Shown here piece after piece: positions 1-8,800 of a stretch of 53,639 nucleotides of DNA. The DNA comes from an uncultured Flavobacteriia bacterium. GTDB lineage: Bacteria > Bacteroidota > Bacteroidia > Flavobacteriales_D > Crocinitomicaceae. A model generated the notes under the pieces. The model was not told the DNA's origin. It was given only the letters and a program-made list of their open reading frames with translations, and did no database searches. The stretch covers positions 1 through 53,639 of the forward strand of contig CAISOQ010000203.1 of the NCBI GenBank assembly GCA_903887095.1, given 5' to 3'. Both the position numbers and the translations under genes were made by a program. Position 1 is the stretch's first letter. Each line of letters opens with the position of its first letter.

Positions 1-20
1 ATGAATAAGACACCTATGAT

Positions 21-45
21 TTCGAAGGATAGCATATCCTTCGAA
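21..45. other. Perfect 11-bp stem / 3-nt loop hairpin (ttcgaaggata-gca-tatccttcgaa)
   Basis: Read directly from the sequence. There is no flanking T-run on either strand, so its role (terminator or other) is unresolved. Confidence 0.5.
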
Positions 46-151
46 GCGTAGAATAATTCCACCGCTACGCTGAATGCGCCATTCTGCAATGGTCAATATA
101 AAAGAAGTAATGAAGCTTTCGAAACGATAGTTCTGCAAGTTAAAAATGTTT

Positions 152-192
152 TGAACTAATTGAACTAATTGAACTAATTGAACTAATTGAAC
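152..192. repeat. Tandem 9-bp repeat TGAACTAAT, about 4.5 copies
   Basis: Direct reading: tgaactaat x4 followed by tgaac. There are no spacers, so it is not CRISPR-like. Confidence 0.95.
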
Positions 193-294
193 ATTGTCCA
201 GCTTGCCCTCGATACAACCGCTTAAGCGGCCACTCGGTGAGCTTCCCAATGATAAAAGCAGGTCGAGTGCCGATGCAGGAGGCTTATCGAGACC

Positions 295-308
295 TGAACT
301 AATTGAAC
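295..308. repeat. Second, 1.5-copy occurrence of the TGAACTAAT repeat (tgaactaattgaac)
   Basis: Direct reading. Together with 152-192 it brackets a GC-rich 102-bp segment (193-294). Confidence 0.9.
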
Positions 309-313
309 TTTCC

Positions 314-3300
314 CTACTTCCTCATTAGCGTAACAAACCCTTGCAATACCCCAATTTGGTCGTAATTGTCGGTGTAATCCACTTTGTAGAAATAAACGCC
401 TTCAGTTGCAGGTTCGCCATTAACGTTGCCATCCCAACCGGTGGTGAAGTCCTCTCCTTGATAAATCGAAAGTCCCCAACGGTTGATGATCTGAATGTTG
501 TAGGATTTAATGTTCAACACTTTTACAGGGATACAAAATTCATTTGTATTGTCTCCATTTGGAGAGAAGACATTCGGCATTTCCAGTACTACGCATCCTT
601 CCAATTCATCTGGCTGATCCACTGTAAAGCTTATATTTTCCGAGCAGCCGTTCTGATCTGTTACCACCACAGTGTATGTTCCAGGCAGTAAATTAGTGAG
701 CATATTAAGCGTGTCGTCAGGATTCGAATCCCATTGATAGCTGTATATGGGTGTGCCGCCGTTCGCTTCTACAACTGCTTCTCCGTTGGAACCACCCAAA
801 CAGATTGACGATCCGCTGCCTGAAAGCGAAAGAGGTCCGTTTGGTTCGTTGACATTTATCGATTGCAGAATCGAGCAACCGTTGGCATCGGTGACGGTAA
901 CTGTGTAGTTCCCGGCTTCAAGGTTTGAGAGATCTTCAGTTGTCTCAGAGGTGTTCCACAACAGCGAATAAGCTGGTGTTCCGCCAGTAATCGTAAGATC
1001 TATTCCGCCATCATTCCCTCCATAGCACAGCACGTCCGTAGCAGAAGAAGATAGCGCAATTCCATACTGTGGTTGCGTAATTGTGACCGAAATGGTGTCT
1101 GTACAACCATTGTCATCCGTTGTGGTCAGTGAGTAAGTTCCTGCCGTGATGGCTGAAAGATCTTCATTCGTTGGACCATTCGACCACGCATAAGTGTATG
1201 GAGATGTTCCACCTATAGTGCTCGCATCAACAGCGCCGGTTGCCTCTCCAAAACAAAGTACGTTCGTGTGAGATTCACTCAACTCTAATAATGCAGGTTC
1301 TGTGAGATTGAAATTTTGCGATACCAAGCATCCGTTATTGTCAGAAACAGTGACATTGTAGTTTCCTGCACCTAAGTTGTTGCTAGTGTTCGTGGTGTCG
1401 CCATTCGTCCACAAATAATTGTAATCCAAGGTTCCTCCAGCAACACTAATTGTAAGAACAGCGGTCGTATCTCCGTTACAAAGAAGTGATGTCGCAGAGG
1501 AAGAAACCACGTAGAGCGAAGTGTCGGGTTGATCGATTACAAACGATTCAAAGAAACCGCAACCATTCGCATCAGAAACGTTTACGGCGTAAATGCCAAT
1601 TGGCAGGTCCACAGCGTCTTCATTAGTTGTTCCGTTGGTCCATTCAAAAGAGTAGGGAAGTGTTCCGTTGGAAGGCGTAATGTCTATTTTTCCGGTTGAA
1701 TCGCCATAACAAAGCACATCAGAAAGCACAGCAGTCAAAACAAGCGCATCCGGATCAGAGAGTGTGGTTTGGAAAGTGGCCGTGCAACCATTTTGATCGA
1801 TTACACTGCATTCATAGTTCCCTGCGAATAATCCGGTGAGGTCTTCTGCAGTAGCTGTTGAGTTCCAGAAATAAGAGAAACCTGGCGTGCCACCGTTTAC
1901 AGTGAGGTCAATCGATCCCTGACTACCCGCCTGACAAACAGGATTGGTATTGGAGAAGCTAGCCGTTAAAGCTCCCGGCTCCGTGACGGTATAATCAAAA
2001 TTCATCTGACAGCTGTTAGCATCCGTAACGGTAACAGAATAAGTGCCGGCAATAACTTCCGTTAAATCTTGAGAAGTTTCACCCCCTGCCCATGTGTAGG
2101 TGTAAGGACCTACTCCACCAATCACACTTAGATCCAGTAAGGCAGCTGTATCACCGAAGCAGGCTATAGGAGTATTCGTTGAATTGATTGTAATTGGCAA
2201 AGACGGTTGTGTTAAACTAAAACTATCCACCTGGATACATGCATTAGCATCGGTAACAGTTAGTACATATGTACCAATTGGAATGGCACTCAAATCTTCT
2301 GTTGTTTCACCGTCAACCCAAGAGAAGGTGTAGGCTTCTGTTCCGCCAGTGATACTCGCATTAATGGCCCCTGTACTGTCGCCAAAACAAAGTATATCAG
2401 TCGTGATCGCAGTAATTTGAATGGAATCAGGTTCAGTGATCGTAATGGAATCAATGGCGATACAACCTGTTTGATCAATTGCTTGGACATTGTATTGTCC
2501 TGCTGAGAGGGCAGAGATATTGTTACCGATTGTTCCGCTTTCCAGCCAAGTGATGGTAATGGGAACAATTCCTCCTGAAGTAGCAGCAGCAGCACTCCCG
2601 TCACTGGCCGAAAAACAACTGATATCCTGCCCATTGTAATCGGAAGTGACAGAGGCTGAAACGGTGAATTGTGCGGGTTCGGTGATAGTAAACGTATCAG
2701 AAACGGTACAATGGTATTGATCAGTGATGACGACAGAATAGGTTCCTGCATAAAGGCTGTCTGCAAGTGCATTCGGATCGTTGTTGGACCAAGAATACGT
2801 GAATGGACTGTTGCCCTGACCTGCGACATCAACTGATCCTCCACCGGCTTGATAGCAAGTGTCATTTTGCAGGTCAATGAATTGAAGCGTTGGTGGATCA
2901 CTAACAAAAACGGGTGCGATTGTATCATCCACGCAGGTAGTACCGTTGTATGCGACAGTCAGGTAATAATTTCCGGCATCAGTGAGTGCAGAATTGGGTA
3001 TAGATGGATTTGAAATTGTTGATGTAAAACCATTTGGTCCTGTCCAACTATAGGTAATATAGGGGGAATCAGGAAAATTAAATTGTATCGTTTGACCTGT
3101 GCAAACGCTATCAGAATGATTTAACAAAAATGGGACACAGGAAGAAGTATTTACATTCACTAGTCCACTTTCTGGCGAGGGACATCCACTGGCATCAAGT
3201 TGATCAGAGAGACCATTGTTCGTATTGTTTGTGCCAGAAATTTGTCCTGTACCAAATATATAAGCCTGATTTTGAAGTTGTGTGCCACATTGCCAAACGG

Positions 3301-4708
3301 CACAATTTTCATTCAACTTCACTCTGAATTTTACAACGGTGCTGTCTGCCCCAGTGGAAGAATTTACAACCGCCCCACCGCTTGTGCCAGTCGCTCCTGA
3401 TCCAATCCGCGCACTGATTACGTTGCTTGAAGCGATGAATTCAGCTTGATCGCTATCTGTTGGGTCGGTTTTCACACCACTGTTAGGACCATAGGAGTAG
3501 GTAAGTGTTCCAGGAAGGTACTGGAGTCGGGTGTCGAGTGTATCAGTTAGATAAGTATTAATAGAAACATCTGACCCAATGTTTTTGGCGGTTATCGAAT
3601 ATTCGAGAATATCTCCTGGCTGCACCACCCCGCCATTTAGATCGGTGTAAGCTACTGTCGCTCTTAAATCGGGTTCAAAAATATCGATTGCAGCGGTAAG
3701 TACACTTGTCAAGACTGTTTCAAAAGTCGTTGACACCCTTATTTGGGCAGAAGTTGCTGAATTACCGATGTAGTTAAATGTAGAATTGTTTGGTGAATAA
3801 ATATTGGCATCATGTCCAAGATTGTTATTGTAACTTGGATTTCTGAGAGGGGTAAGCACACCATTTCTGGAAATAGTGCTGTTGAAGACATTGTTGGCGG
3901 TATGTATAGCGTCGCTTATGGTTACAAAACTACCAGCACCATTAAATGCTAACTGGTCTCCCGTTTGACCTCTGTCGCCATCATGTGCCACGACGCCAAG
4001 CTCAAAATTGACTGGACCAGAAGTTGGTGTTAAAAAACCACTTAGATTGATATTCACTGTCCCGGATGTAGAGTTGACATTTGCCAATCCATCGTAAACC
4101 GTCACGTTTTTCATCGACTCATAGATGTTTTGGTAGACAACGACCATCGTCCACCCACCAAAAGTGTTGCTGCCGTTTTGTGTGACCACATTGGCCACGC
4201 TGTAACTTGCATTAATAGGATTAGCTTGAACGATAGAGGTGACGTCTTTGAAACAGTTATACATTGTTTTTCCAACCGTATTATTTAGTATTTCGTCAGC
4301 AATTAAATTGATGTAGGCACCGTTATTTGCATTTAGTTTGACTTGATTTCTTAGATTATAATTGGTTGTTGAACTTGCCGGCGTATTTAGCATTCCTACC
4401 CAATATAAACCAGCCCAGACGATTTTACTGCAATTGGGGAGATCTAACTGATCACTACTTGACATGAATGTAGCGGGATCACTATCCGTATTTACATAGG
4501 CCATCGAAAAATCGTTGTTATCGCTCGTTCCTCCCGGCGGTGTTTCATTGTTTGCGGCGCAATTGCATCCAATAGATGAATTTGCCAAATAGACCAATCC
4601 CCCTTTTAAATTTGTTTGATATCGAATCGTAAATGGATCCACAATTTGCCCAATTGATTGAGGAACAGTGAATAGGAATAGAAAGAGTAAGCCGATTAAT
4701 TTTCTCAT
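314..4708 (-). CDS. Large secreted cell-surface adhesin: DUF11-like domain, ten SprB-type repeats, and a T9SS type-B C-terminal sorting domain
   Basis: The 4756 start in the track is TTG. The first ATG (4708) gives MRKLIGLLFLFLFTVPQS, which looks like a signal peptide. VQPGDILEYSITAKNIGSD resembles a DUF11 repeat. Ten ~75-aa units carry C.G...G...GG..PY.Y.W. The C-terminus NVFSPNGDN...GVYFYKV...LMRK is typical of the gliding-motility/T9SS type-B CTD. Confidence 0.9.
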   Translation of the reverse strand: MRKLIGLLFLFLFTVPQSIGQIVDPFTIRYQTNLKGGLVYLANSSIGCNCAANNETPPGGTSDNNDFSMAYVNTDSDPATFMSSSDQLDLPNCSKIVWAGLYWVGMLNTPASSTTNYNLRNQVKLNANNGAYINLIADEILNNTVGKTMYNCFKDVTSIVQANPINASYSVANVVTQNGSNTFGGWTMVVVYQNIYESMKNVTVYDGLANVNSTSGTVNINLSGFLTPTSGPVNFELGVVAHDGDRGQTGDQLAFNGAGSFVTISDAIHTANNVFNSTISRNGVLTPLRNPSYNNNLGHDANIYSPNNSTFNYIGNSATSAQIRVSTTFETVLTSVLTAAIDIFEPDLRATVAYTDLNGGVVQPGDILEYSITAKNIGSDVSINTYLTDTLDTRLQYLPGTLTYSYGPNSGVKTDPTDSDQAEFIASSNVISARIGSGATGTSGGAVVNSSTGADSTVVKFRVKLNENCAVWQCGTQLQNQAYIFGTGQISGTNNTNNGLSDQLDASGCPSPESGLVNVNTSSCVPFLLNHSDSVCTGQTIQFNFPDSPYITYSWTGPNGFTSTISNPSIPNSALTDAGNYYLTVAYNGTTCVDDTIAPVFVSDPPTLQFIDLQNDTCYQAGGGSVDVAGQGNSPFTYSWSNNDPNALADSLYAGTYSVVITDQYHCTVSDTFTITEPAQFTVSASVTSDYNGQDISCFSASDGSAAAATSGGIVPITITWLESGTIGNNISALSAGQYNVQAIDQTGCIAIDSITITEPDSIQITAITTDILCFGDSTGAINASITGGTEAYTFSWVDGETTEDLSAIPIGTYVLTVTDANACIQVDSFSLTQPSLPITINSTNTPIACFGDTAALLDLSVIGGVGPYTYTWAGGETSQDLTEVIAGTYSVTVTDANSCQMNFDYTVTEPGALTASFSNTNPVCQAGSQGSIDLTVNGGTPGFSYFWNSTATAEDLTGLFAGNYECSVIDQNGCTATFQTTLSDPDALVLTAVLSDVLCYGDSTGKIDITPSNGTLPYSFEWTNGTTNEDAVDLPIGIYAVNVSDANGCGFFESFVIDQPDTSLYVVSSSATSLLCNGDTTAVLTISVAGGTLDYNYLWTNGDTTNTSNNLGAGNYNVTVSDNNGCLVSQNFNLTEPALLELSESHTNVLCFGEATGAVDASTIGGTSPYTYAWSNGPTNEDLSAITAGTYSLTTTDDNGCTDTISVTITQPQYGIALSSSATDVLCYGGNDGGIDLTITGGTPAYSLLWNTSETTEDLSNLEAGNYTVTVTDANGCSILQSINVNEPNGPLSLSGSGSSICLGGSNGEAVVEANGGTPIYSYQWDSNPDDTLNMLTNLLPGTYTVVVTDQNGCSENISFTVDQPDELEGCVVLEMPNVFSPNGDNTNEFCIPVKVLNIKSYNIQIINRWGLSIYQGEDFTTGWDGNVNGEPATEGVYFYKVDYTDNYDQIGVLQGFVTLMRK
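600..2900 (-). repeat. Array of ten SprB-type coding repeats inside the adhesin gene (approximate bounds)
   Basis: Counted in the protein: CYQAGGGS.., CFSASDGS.., CFGDSTGA.., CFGDTAAL.., CQAGSQGS.., CYGDSTGK.., CNGDTTAV.., CFGEATGA.., CYGGNDGG.., CLGGSNGE... Each is followed by GG..(P)Y.Y.W and a TVTD.NGC strand. Confidence 0.8.
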
Positions 4709-4928
4709 AGTATAAAAATGTGGATAGGGAATTTTATTTTCCCAAATACACTTCAAGTTAGACGCACTTACAAGGGTAAAGGTTAGTCTTTTTAATTTTT
4801 TTAAGGTAGTGCAATATCAGTAATAAAATTCATTTTTCTGCATCATTGAAGTAGTTTAACACTAAATTCTCTACTAACTAAAAAGGTATGCGAATATTCC
4901 CCTAACTTTAAACTTCAGAAAATTATCG

Positions 4929-6290
4929 ATGGCTAAAATCAAATCTGCGTACTTCTGCCAAAACTGTGGTTACGAAACTCCAAAATGGCTTGGGAAATGT
5001 CCTTCTTGCAATGAATGGAACACGTTTGTTGAAGAAATAATCGAAAAAAACATCCCGACCGTTGTGGCCTTTTCTTCAACAACAAGAAACGCGCGACCTC
5101 AAACGCTGCAAAGCATCGAGCAACAAGAACAGCCCCGCAGACCTTTGCTCGACAATGAATTGAATCGTGTGCTAGGCGGTGGATTAGTTCCTGGCTCGCT
5201 AATTCTTTTTGGTGGTGAACCTGGTATCGGAAAATCTACCTTGTTGTTGCAGGTGGCCATTGAACAAAATGACTTAAAGGTACTCTATGTCTCTGGAGAG
5301 GAGAGTGAGCAGCAAATCAAAATGCGCGCAGAGCGGATTGGGGTTAAAAACCAGGGTTGTTTTATCTTAACTGAAACCAATCTTCAGAATATATTTAAAC
5401 AAGCCGAAGAGATCCAGCCTGAATTAATTGTCATCGATTCTATTCAAACACTTTTTTCAACTCAAATTGAAAGTTCGCCGGGAAGCATCTCTCAAGTGAG
5501 GGAGTGCACAGCGCAATTGTTGCGTTATGCTAAACAAACTGGAACACCTGTTTTTCTAATTGGCCACATAACAAAAGAGGGTTCGCTTGCCGGACCAAAA
5601 GTTCTTGAGCACATGGTGGACACAGTGCTGCAATTTGAAGGAGATAGAAATCATGTGTACCGCTTACTCAGGAGTATCAAAAATAGGTTTGGAAGTACGA
5701 ACGAGTTAGGCATTTATGAAATGTTGGGCAGTGGACTTCGCCAGGTGGAAAACCCATCTGAAATATTGATTACAAATACAGACAGTTCGTTGAGTGGTAT
5801 TTCCATCGCGGCAACGCTAGAGGGAATGCGCCCAATGTTAGTGGAAGTTCAGGCCTTGGTAAGTTCGGCAGCATATGGAACTCCTCAGCGTTCATCTACA
5901 GGATTCGATACAAAGCGCTTGAATATGCTGCTAGCCGTAATGGAAAAACGTTGCGGCTTTAAATTGGGTGCAAAGGATGTCTTTTTAAATATTGCAGGAG
6001 GAATCAAGGTGGATGACCCTGCAATAGATCTTGCGGTTGTAGCTGCTGTTCTTTCCTCCAACGCCGATCTTCCGGTGGACAAAAGTATCGCTCTTTCAGC
6101 TGAGGTTGGTTTGTCCGGGGAGGTGCGACCTGTTAACCGCATGGAACAGCGCATTTACGAAGCGGAGAAACTTGGATTCGAGCGAATCGTGATTTCGAAA
6201 TACAACAAGGGAATCGAACAGAAGAATTTTAAAATTCAATTGGTGAAGTGCGGCCGCATTGATGAGGTGGTAAAAGCCTTGTTTGCCTAG
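4929..6290 (+). CDS. radA: DNA repair protein RadA/Sms
   Basis: N-terminal zinc ribbon CQNCGYETPKWLGKCPSCNEWNTF, Walker A GEPGIGKST, the KNRFG motif, and a Lon-like C-terminal domain. Confidence 0.95.
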   Translation: MAKIKSAYFCQNCGYETPKWLGKCPSCNEWNTFVEEIIEKNIPTVVAFSSTTRNARPQTLQSIEQQEQPRRPLLDNELNRVLGGGLVPGSLILFGGEPGIGKSTLLLQVAIEQNDLKVLYVSGEESEQQIKMRAERIGVKNQGCFILTETNLQNIFKQAEEIQPELIVIDSIQTLFSTQIESSPGSISQVRECTAQLLRYAKQTGTPVFLIGHITKEGSLAGPKVLEHMVDTVLQFEGDRNHVYRLLRSIKNRFGSTNELGIYEMLGSGLRQVENPSEILITNTDSSLSGISIAATLEGMRPMLVEVQALVSSAAYGTPQRSSTGFDTKRLNMLLAVMEKRCGFKLGAKDVFLNIAGGIKVDDPAIDLAVVAAVLSSNADLPVDKSIALSAEVGLSGEVRPVNRMEQRIYEAEKLGFERIVISKYNKGIEQKNFKIQLVKCGRIDEVVKALFA

Positions 6291-7045
6291 GAGAGATATA
6301 GGACGAATGCTGCGAGCAATACCAGCGCATCGATTAGAATAAAATAGATTTTTTGTCGATGCTCTTTTGCAAAAAGTACAAAACCAATGGCAATTGGAGC
6401 AAAGCCGAACCACCCAAAGAAGTGTGTGCTGGAATACATTAGCCATGAAAAGCCCGCAATCAATAGGCTAGCAATTAATAGCGCATACCGAACACCAATG
6501 AGTTGTGGCAACGTTTTTAAAGCAGTTTTGTCTTTTTTATGATCACGTATGTCAAATGGAATGGTTAGTCCGAAAAAGAGCAATGCAAAAGCAATGATTT
6601 CAATTTGATGAAGTTGCGTTTTTATTGCTTGATTCCAAAGTGGGAAAATGAAAAGAATAAATACCCATACCAAAGCGATGATGGTTGCTTTGAGAAAAGG
6701 GGCGTCACGCAAACTTTTTTTAGCTGGGAACACATAAAAAAGACTTAGAGCGAAAATGTTTATAGCAGTAAACCATTGCCAAAAAGCAAGATTGTTGGGT
6801 TTTATTTGAAAGATGAAAAAGCAGATTCCTAGAAAAAAACTAATGCTTACAGGAAGGAAATTAAACTTTCTGAAATGGTAAAAGCTGTAAAAACTAAAGC
6901 TTAGTAAACCCATAGCACATCCTTCCACCCAATAGCTTCTTGCACCGCAATGATTCAACCAAACGCTGCAAAGCGCACCAGCACCTACACCAACTATGAA
7001 ATTGGCAAACAACGGAACAATTAAATTTTCTTTAGGCAATGGCAT
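6287..7045 (-). CDS. Polytopic membrane protein, possibly a degenerate UbiA-type prenyltransferase
   Basis: About 8 hydrophobic helices. FDIRDHKKDKTALKTLPQLIG resembles the second Asp-rich motif of UbiA/MenA enzymes, but I saw no first NDxxDxxxD motif. The track start at 7123 is TTG. The first ATG at 7045 overlaps the GT9 gene end by 14 nt. Confidence 0.6.
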   Translation of the reverse strand: MPLPKENLIVPLFANFIVGVGAGALCSVWLNHCGARSYWVEGCAMGLLSFSFYSFYHFRKFNFLPVSISFFLGICFFIFQIKPNNLAFWQWFTAINIFALSLFYVFPAKKSLRDAPFLKATIIALVWVFILFIFPLWNQAIKTQLHQIEIIAFALLFFGLTIPFDIRDHKKDKTALKTLPQLIGVRYALLIASLLIAGFSWLMYSSTHFFGWFGFAPIAIGFVLFAKEHRQKIYFILIDALVLLAAFVLYLS

Positions 7046-8033
7046 CCAAAACGCGTGATACCGGTATTTGTTTGATACAATCGCAGGCCTTTTTCTTCTG
7101 ACATTGCGGACATTTTGGGTCAAATGTCAAAACATGAACTTTTCGTCCTAATGCAGCCCAACGCCCCGGATGAATTGGTCGCTTTGGAGAGAAAAGGCCA
7201 ATGGTGTTGATGCCCGTAAATCCAGCAATATGAAGGGGTCCAGTTGAACAGGCAACAAGATTTTTCACCTTGGAAATAAAATAGACAAGTTGGTATAAGT
7301 CGAGTTTGCCGGTCAAGTCAACGACCGCAGGATCTTCAGGTAAAAGGTGTCTGAACAGCAAGCCTTCTTTTTCAGTACCTGTATAAAAAACGGTGTATCC
7401 TTTAGAAACCAATTGCCTGCTTAATTCCAAATAAGATTCGATGGGCCACTCCATCGCACTACCTTGTGATTTTGGATGCAGAATAATGGTTTTTTCTTTT
7501 GATTTTATGCTGTTTTCTAAGCCGTCAGGCAATGGTATCTCCTGCACTCTAAAGGCTTTCGTACTTTCTATCACCTCTTCAAGTGAAGGAATGTTTTTTA
7601 ATCCAAAAGGACGAAGCAATTCAAAGTTCAATTGTGATTCATGGAAATCTGAATTCTTTCTCGAGAAACCAACTCTATGGTTGCAACTTAGTAAATGAAA
7701 ACTCCGATGCGATGTTCCTACGCGCATTGGTATCTTTGCTTTTTTAGCAAGACTCGCAATTTCTTTATTTGGAAAAACGTGAATAATGGCATCTGCTTCG
7801 AGCGCTTTGAAAAATGTCGTTTTCCCCTCAATTGGTAAAGCTTCAATTTCTTGCCAGTCTATGAAACGATCAATTACTGAAAACGCATCGATTACCGGCT
7901 TTGTATAGCCCCTGCCTAAATAAATTATTTCGGCATCAATAAAATGGTCACGCAGCCAAACACACATCGGAAGCGTTAACATTACATCTCCAATGCTATC
8001 AGTGCGTGATATGATGATACGCTTAATGCTCAT
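7032..8033 (-). CDS. Glycosyltransferase family 9 (heptosyltransferase-like)
   Basis: N-terminal IISRTDSIGDVMLTLP and C-terminal ACSTGPLHIAGFTGINTIGLF match GT9 (RfaF/RfaC-like) patterns. Confidence 0.8.
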   Translation of the reverse strand: MSIKRIIISRTDSIGDVMLTLPMCVWLRDHFIDAEIIYLGRGYTKPVIDAFSVIDRFIDWQEIEALPIEGKTTFFKALEADAIIHVFPNKEIASLAKKAKIPMRVGTSHRSFHLLSCNHRVGFSRKNSDFHESQLNFELLRPFGLKNIPSLEEVIESTKAFRVQEIPLPDGLENSIKSKEKTIILHPKSQGSAMEWPIESYLELSRQLVSKGYTVFYTGTEKEGLLFRHLLPEDPAVVDLTGKLDLYQLVYFISKVKNLVACSTGPLHIAGFTGINTIGLFSPKRPIHPGRWAALGRKVHVLTFDPKCPQCQKKKACDCIKQIPVSRVLDAIA

Positions 8034-8782
8034 TTTGATTGTTGTAAATGAAGTAATTTGATGTATTTTCTGTACGTCGCATAAGCGCTGAGACGTGAAA
8101 TCGTAAATCCGGCTTTTCCATCAAGTAATCCACGTTTTAGGATAAAACTTTTGAAAAATTGCGCAATTACCTTAATACCAATTTTTAAATAATTTGATCT
8201 TCCTCCACGCTCATATAATTCTTTAGCAGCGATGTCTCCAAAGTATTCTATTTGTTTCAGGTGATCTTCTTTTGTGTAATAGGAATAATGCAACAAATCT
8301 CCGATGAGGAAACCCGGCTCTTGGCCATTTAAAAGATCTAAACGATCGTGTGGATTAACACCTTGCCACCGAGCTGTATTTCTGTTTACCAATCGAATTT
8401 TTGTGTCAGGATACCATCCACAATAACGCACCCAATGTCCACAGTAGTTCGTTAGACGATTCATTCTGTAACCATCAAACGTTGGGTCTAGTTTAATTGT
8501 GAGTATGCTTTCTTTTAATTCTGAAGTGAGGGCTTCATCTGCATCCAACGATAAAATCCAATCGTTCTCTGCTTGGTCTATGGCAAAGTTTTTCTGTTGA
8601 ATGTGGCCTTCAAATGCGTTTTGAATGAATCGAACATTGAACGAGTGACAAATCTCTTCTGTTCGATCTTTTGAAAAAGAGTCGACGACTAGGATTTCGT
8701 CTGCAACACCCTCCAACGACTCAAGGCATCGCTTGATATTCCTTTCTTCATTGAATGTAATGATGACCGCAGATAATTTCAT
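8030..8782 (-). CDS. Glycosyltransferase family 2 (LPS-core-type, KdtX/WaaE-like)
   Basis: LSAVIITFNEERNI, VVDSFSKDRT and SLDADE motifs. It overlaps the GT9 gene by 4 nt (ATGA). Confidence 0.8.
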   Translation of the reverse strand: MKLSAVIITFNEERNIKRCLESLEGVADEILVVDSFSKDRTEEICHSFNVRFIQNAFEGHIQQKNFAIDQAENDWILSLDADEALTSELKESILTIKLDPTFDGYRMNRLTNYCGHWVRYCGWYPDTKIRLVNRNTARWQGVNPHDRLDLLNGQEPGFLIGDLLHYSYYTKEDHLKQIEYFGDIAAKELYERGGRSNYLKIGIKVIAQFFKSFILKRGLLDGKAGFTISRLSAYATYRKYIKLLHLQQSK

Positions 8783-8800
8783 GAATGCAGCGGGGTAAGG

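Noticed and set aside
152-192. The possibility that the 9-bp tandem repeat is a CRISPR array or a phase-variation tract.
   Set aside because: There are no spacers and the units are too short for CRISPR. A 9-bp unit does not shift the reading frame, so classical on/off slipped-strand switching is unlikely. It is kept only as a repeat and finding.
2290-2928. A 212-aa ORF on the minus strand inside the adhesin gene. Small plus-strand ORFs at 341-691, 3130-3327 and 3200-3400 fall in the same gene.
   Set aside because: They are alternative-frame or antisense ORFs fully embedded in a long, motif-rich CDS. Their translations are low-complexity with no recognisable motifs, so they are most likely frame shadows.
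6096-6446. A 116-aa minus-strand ORF overlapping the radA 3' end and the membrane-protein gene.
   Set aside because: It overlaps two better-supported CDSs in a different frame and has no recognisable features.
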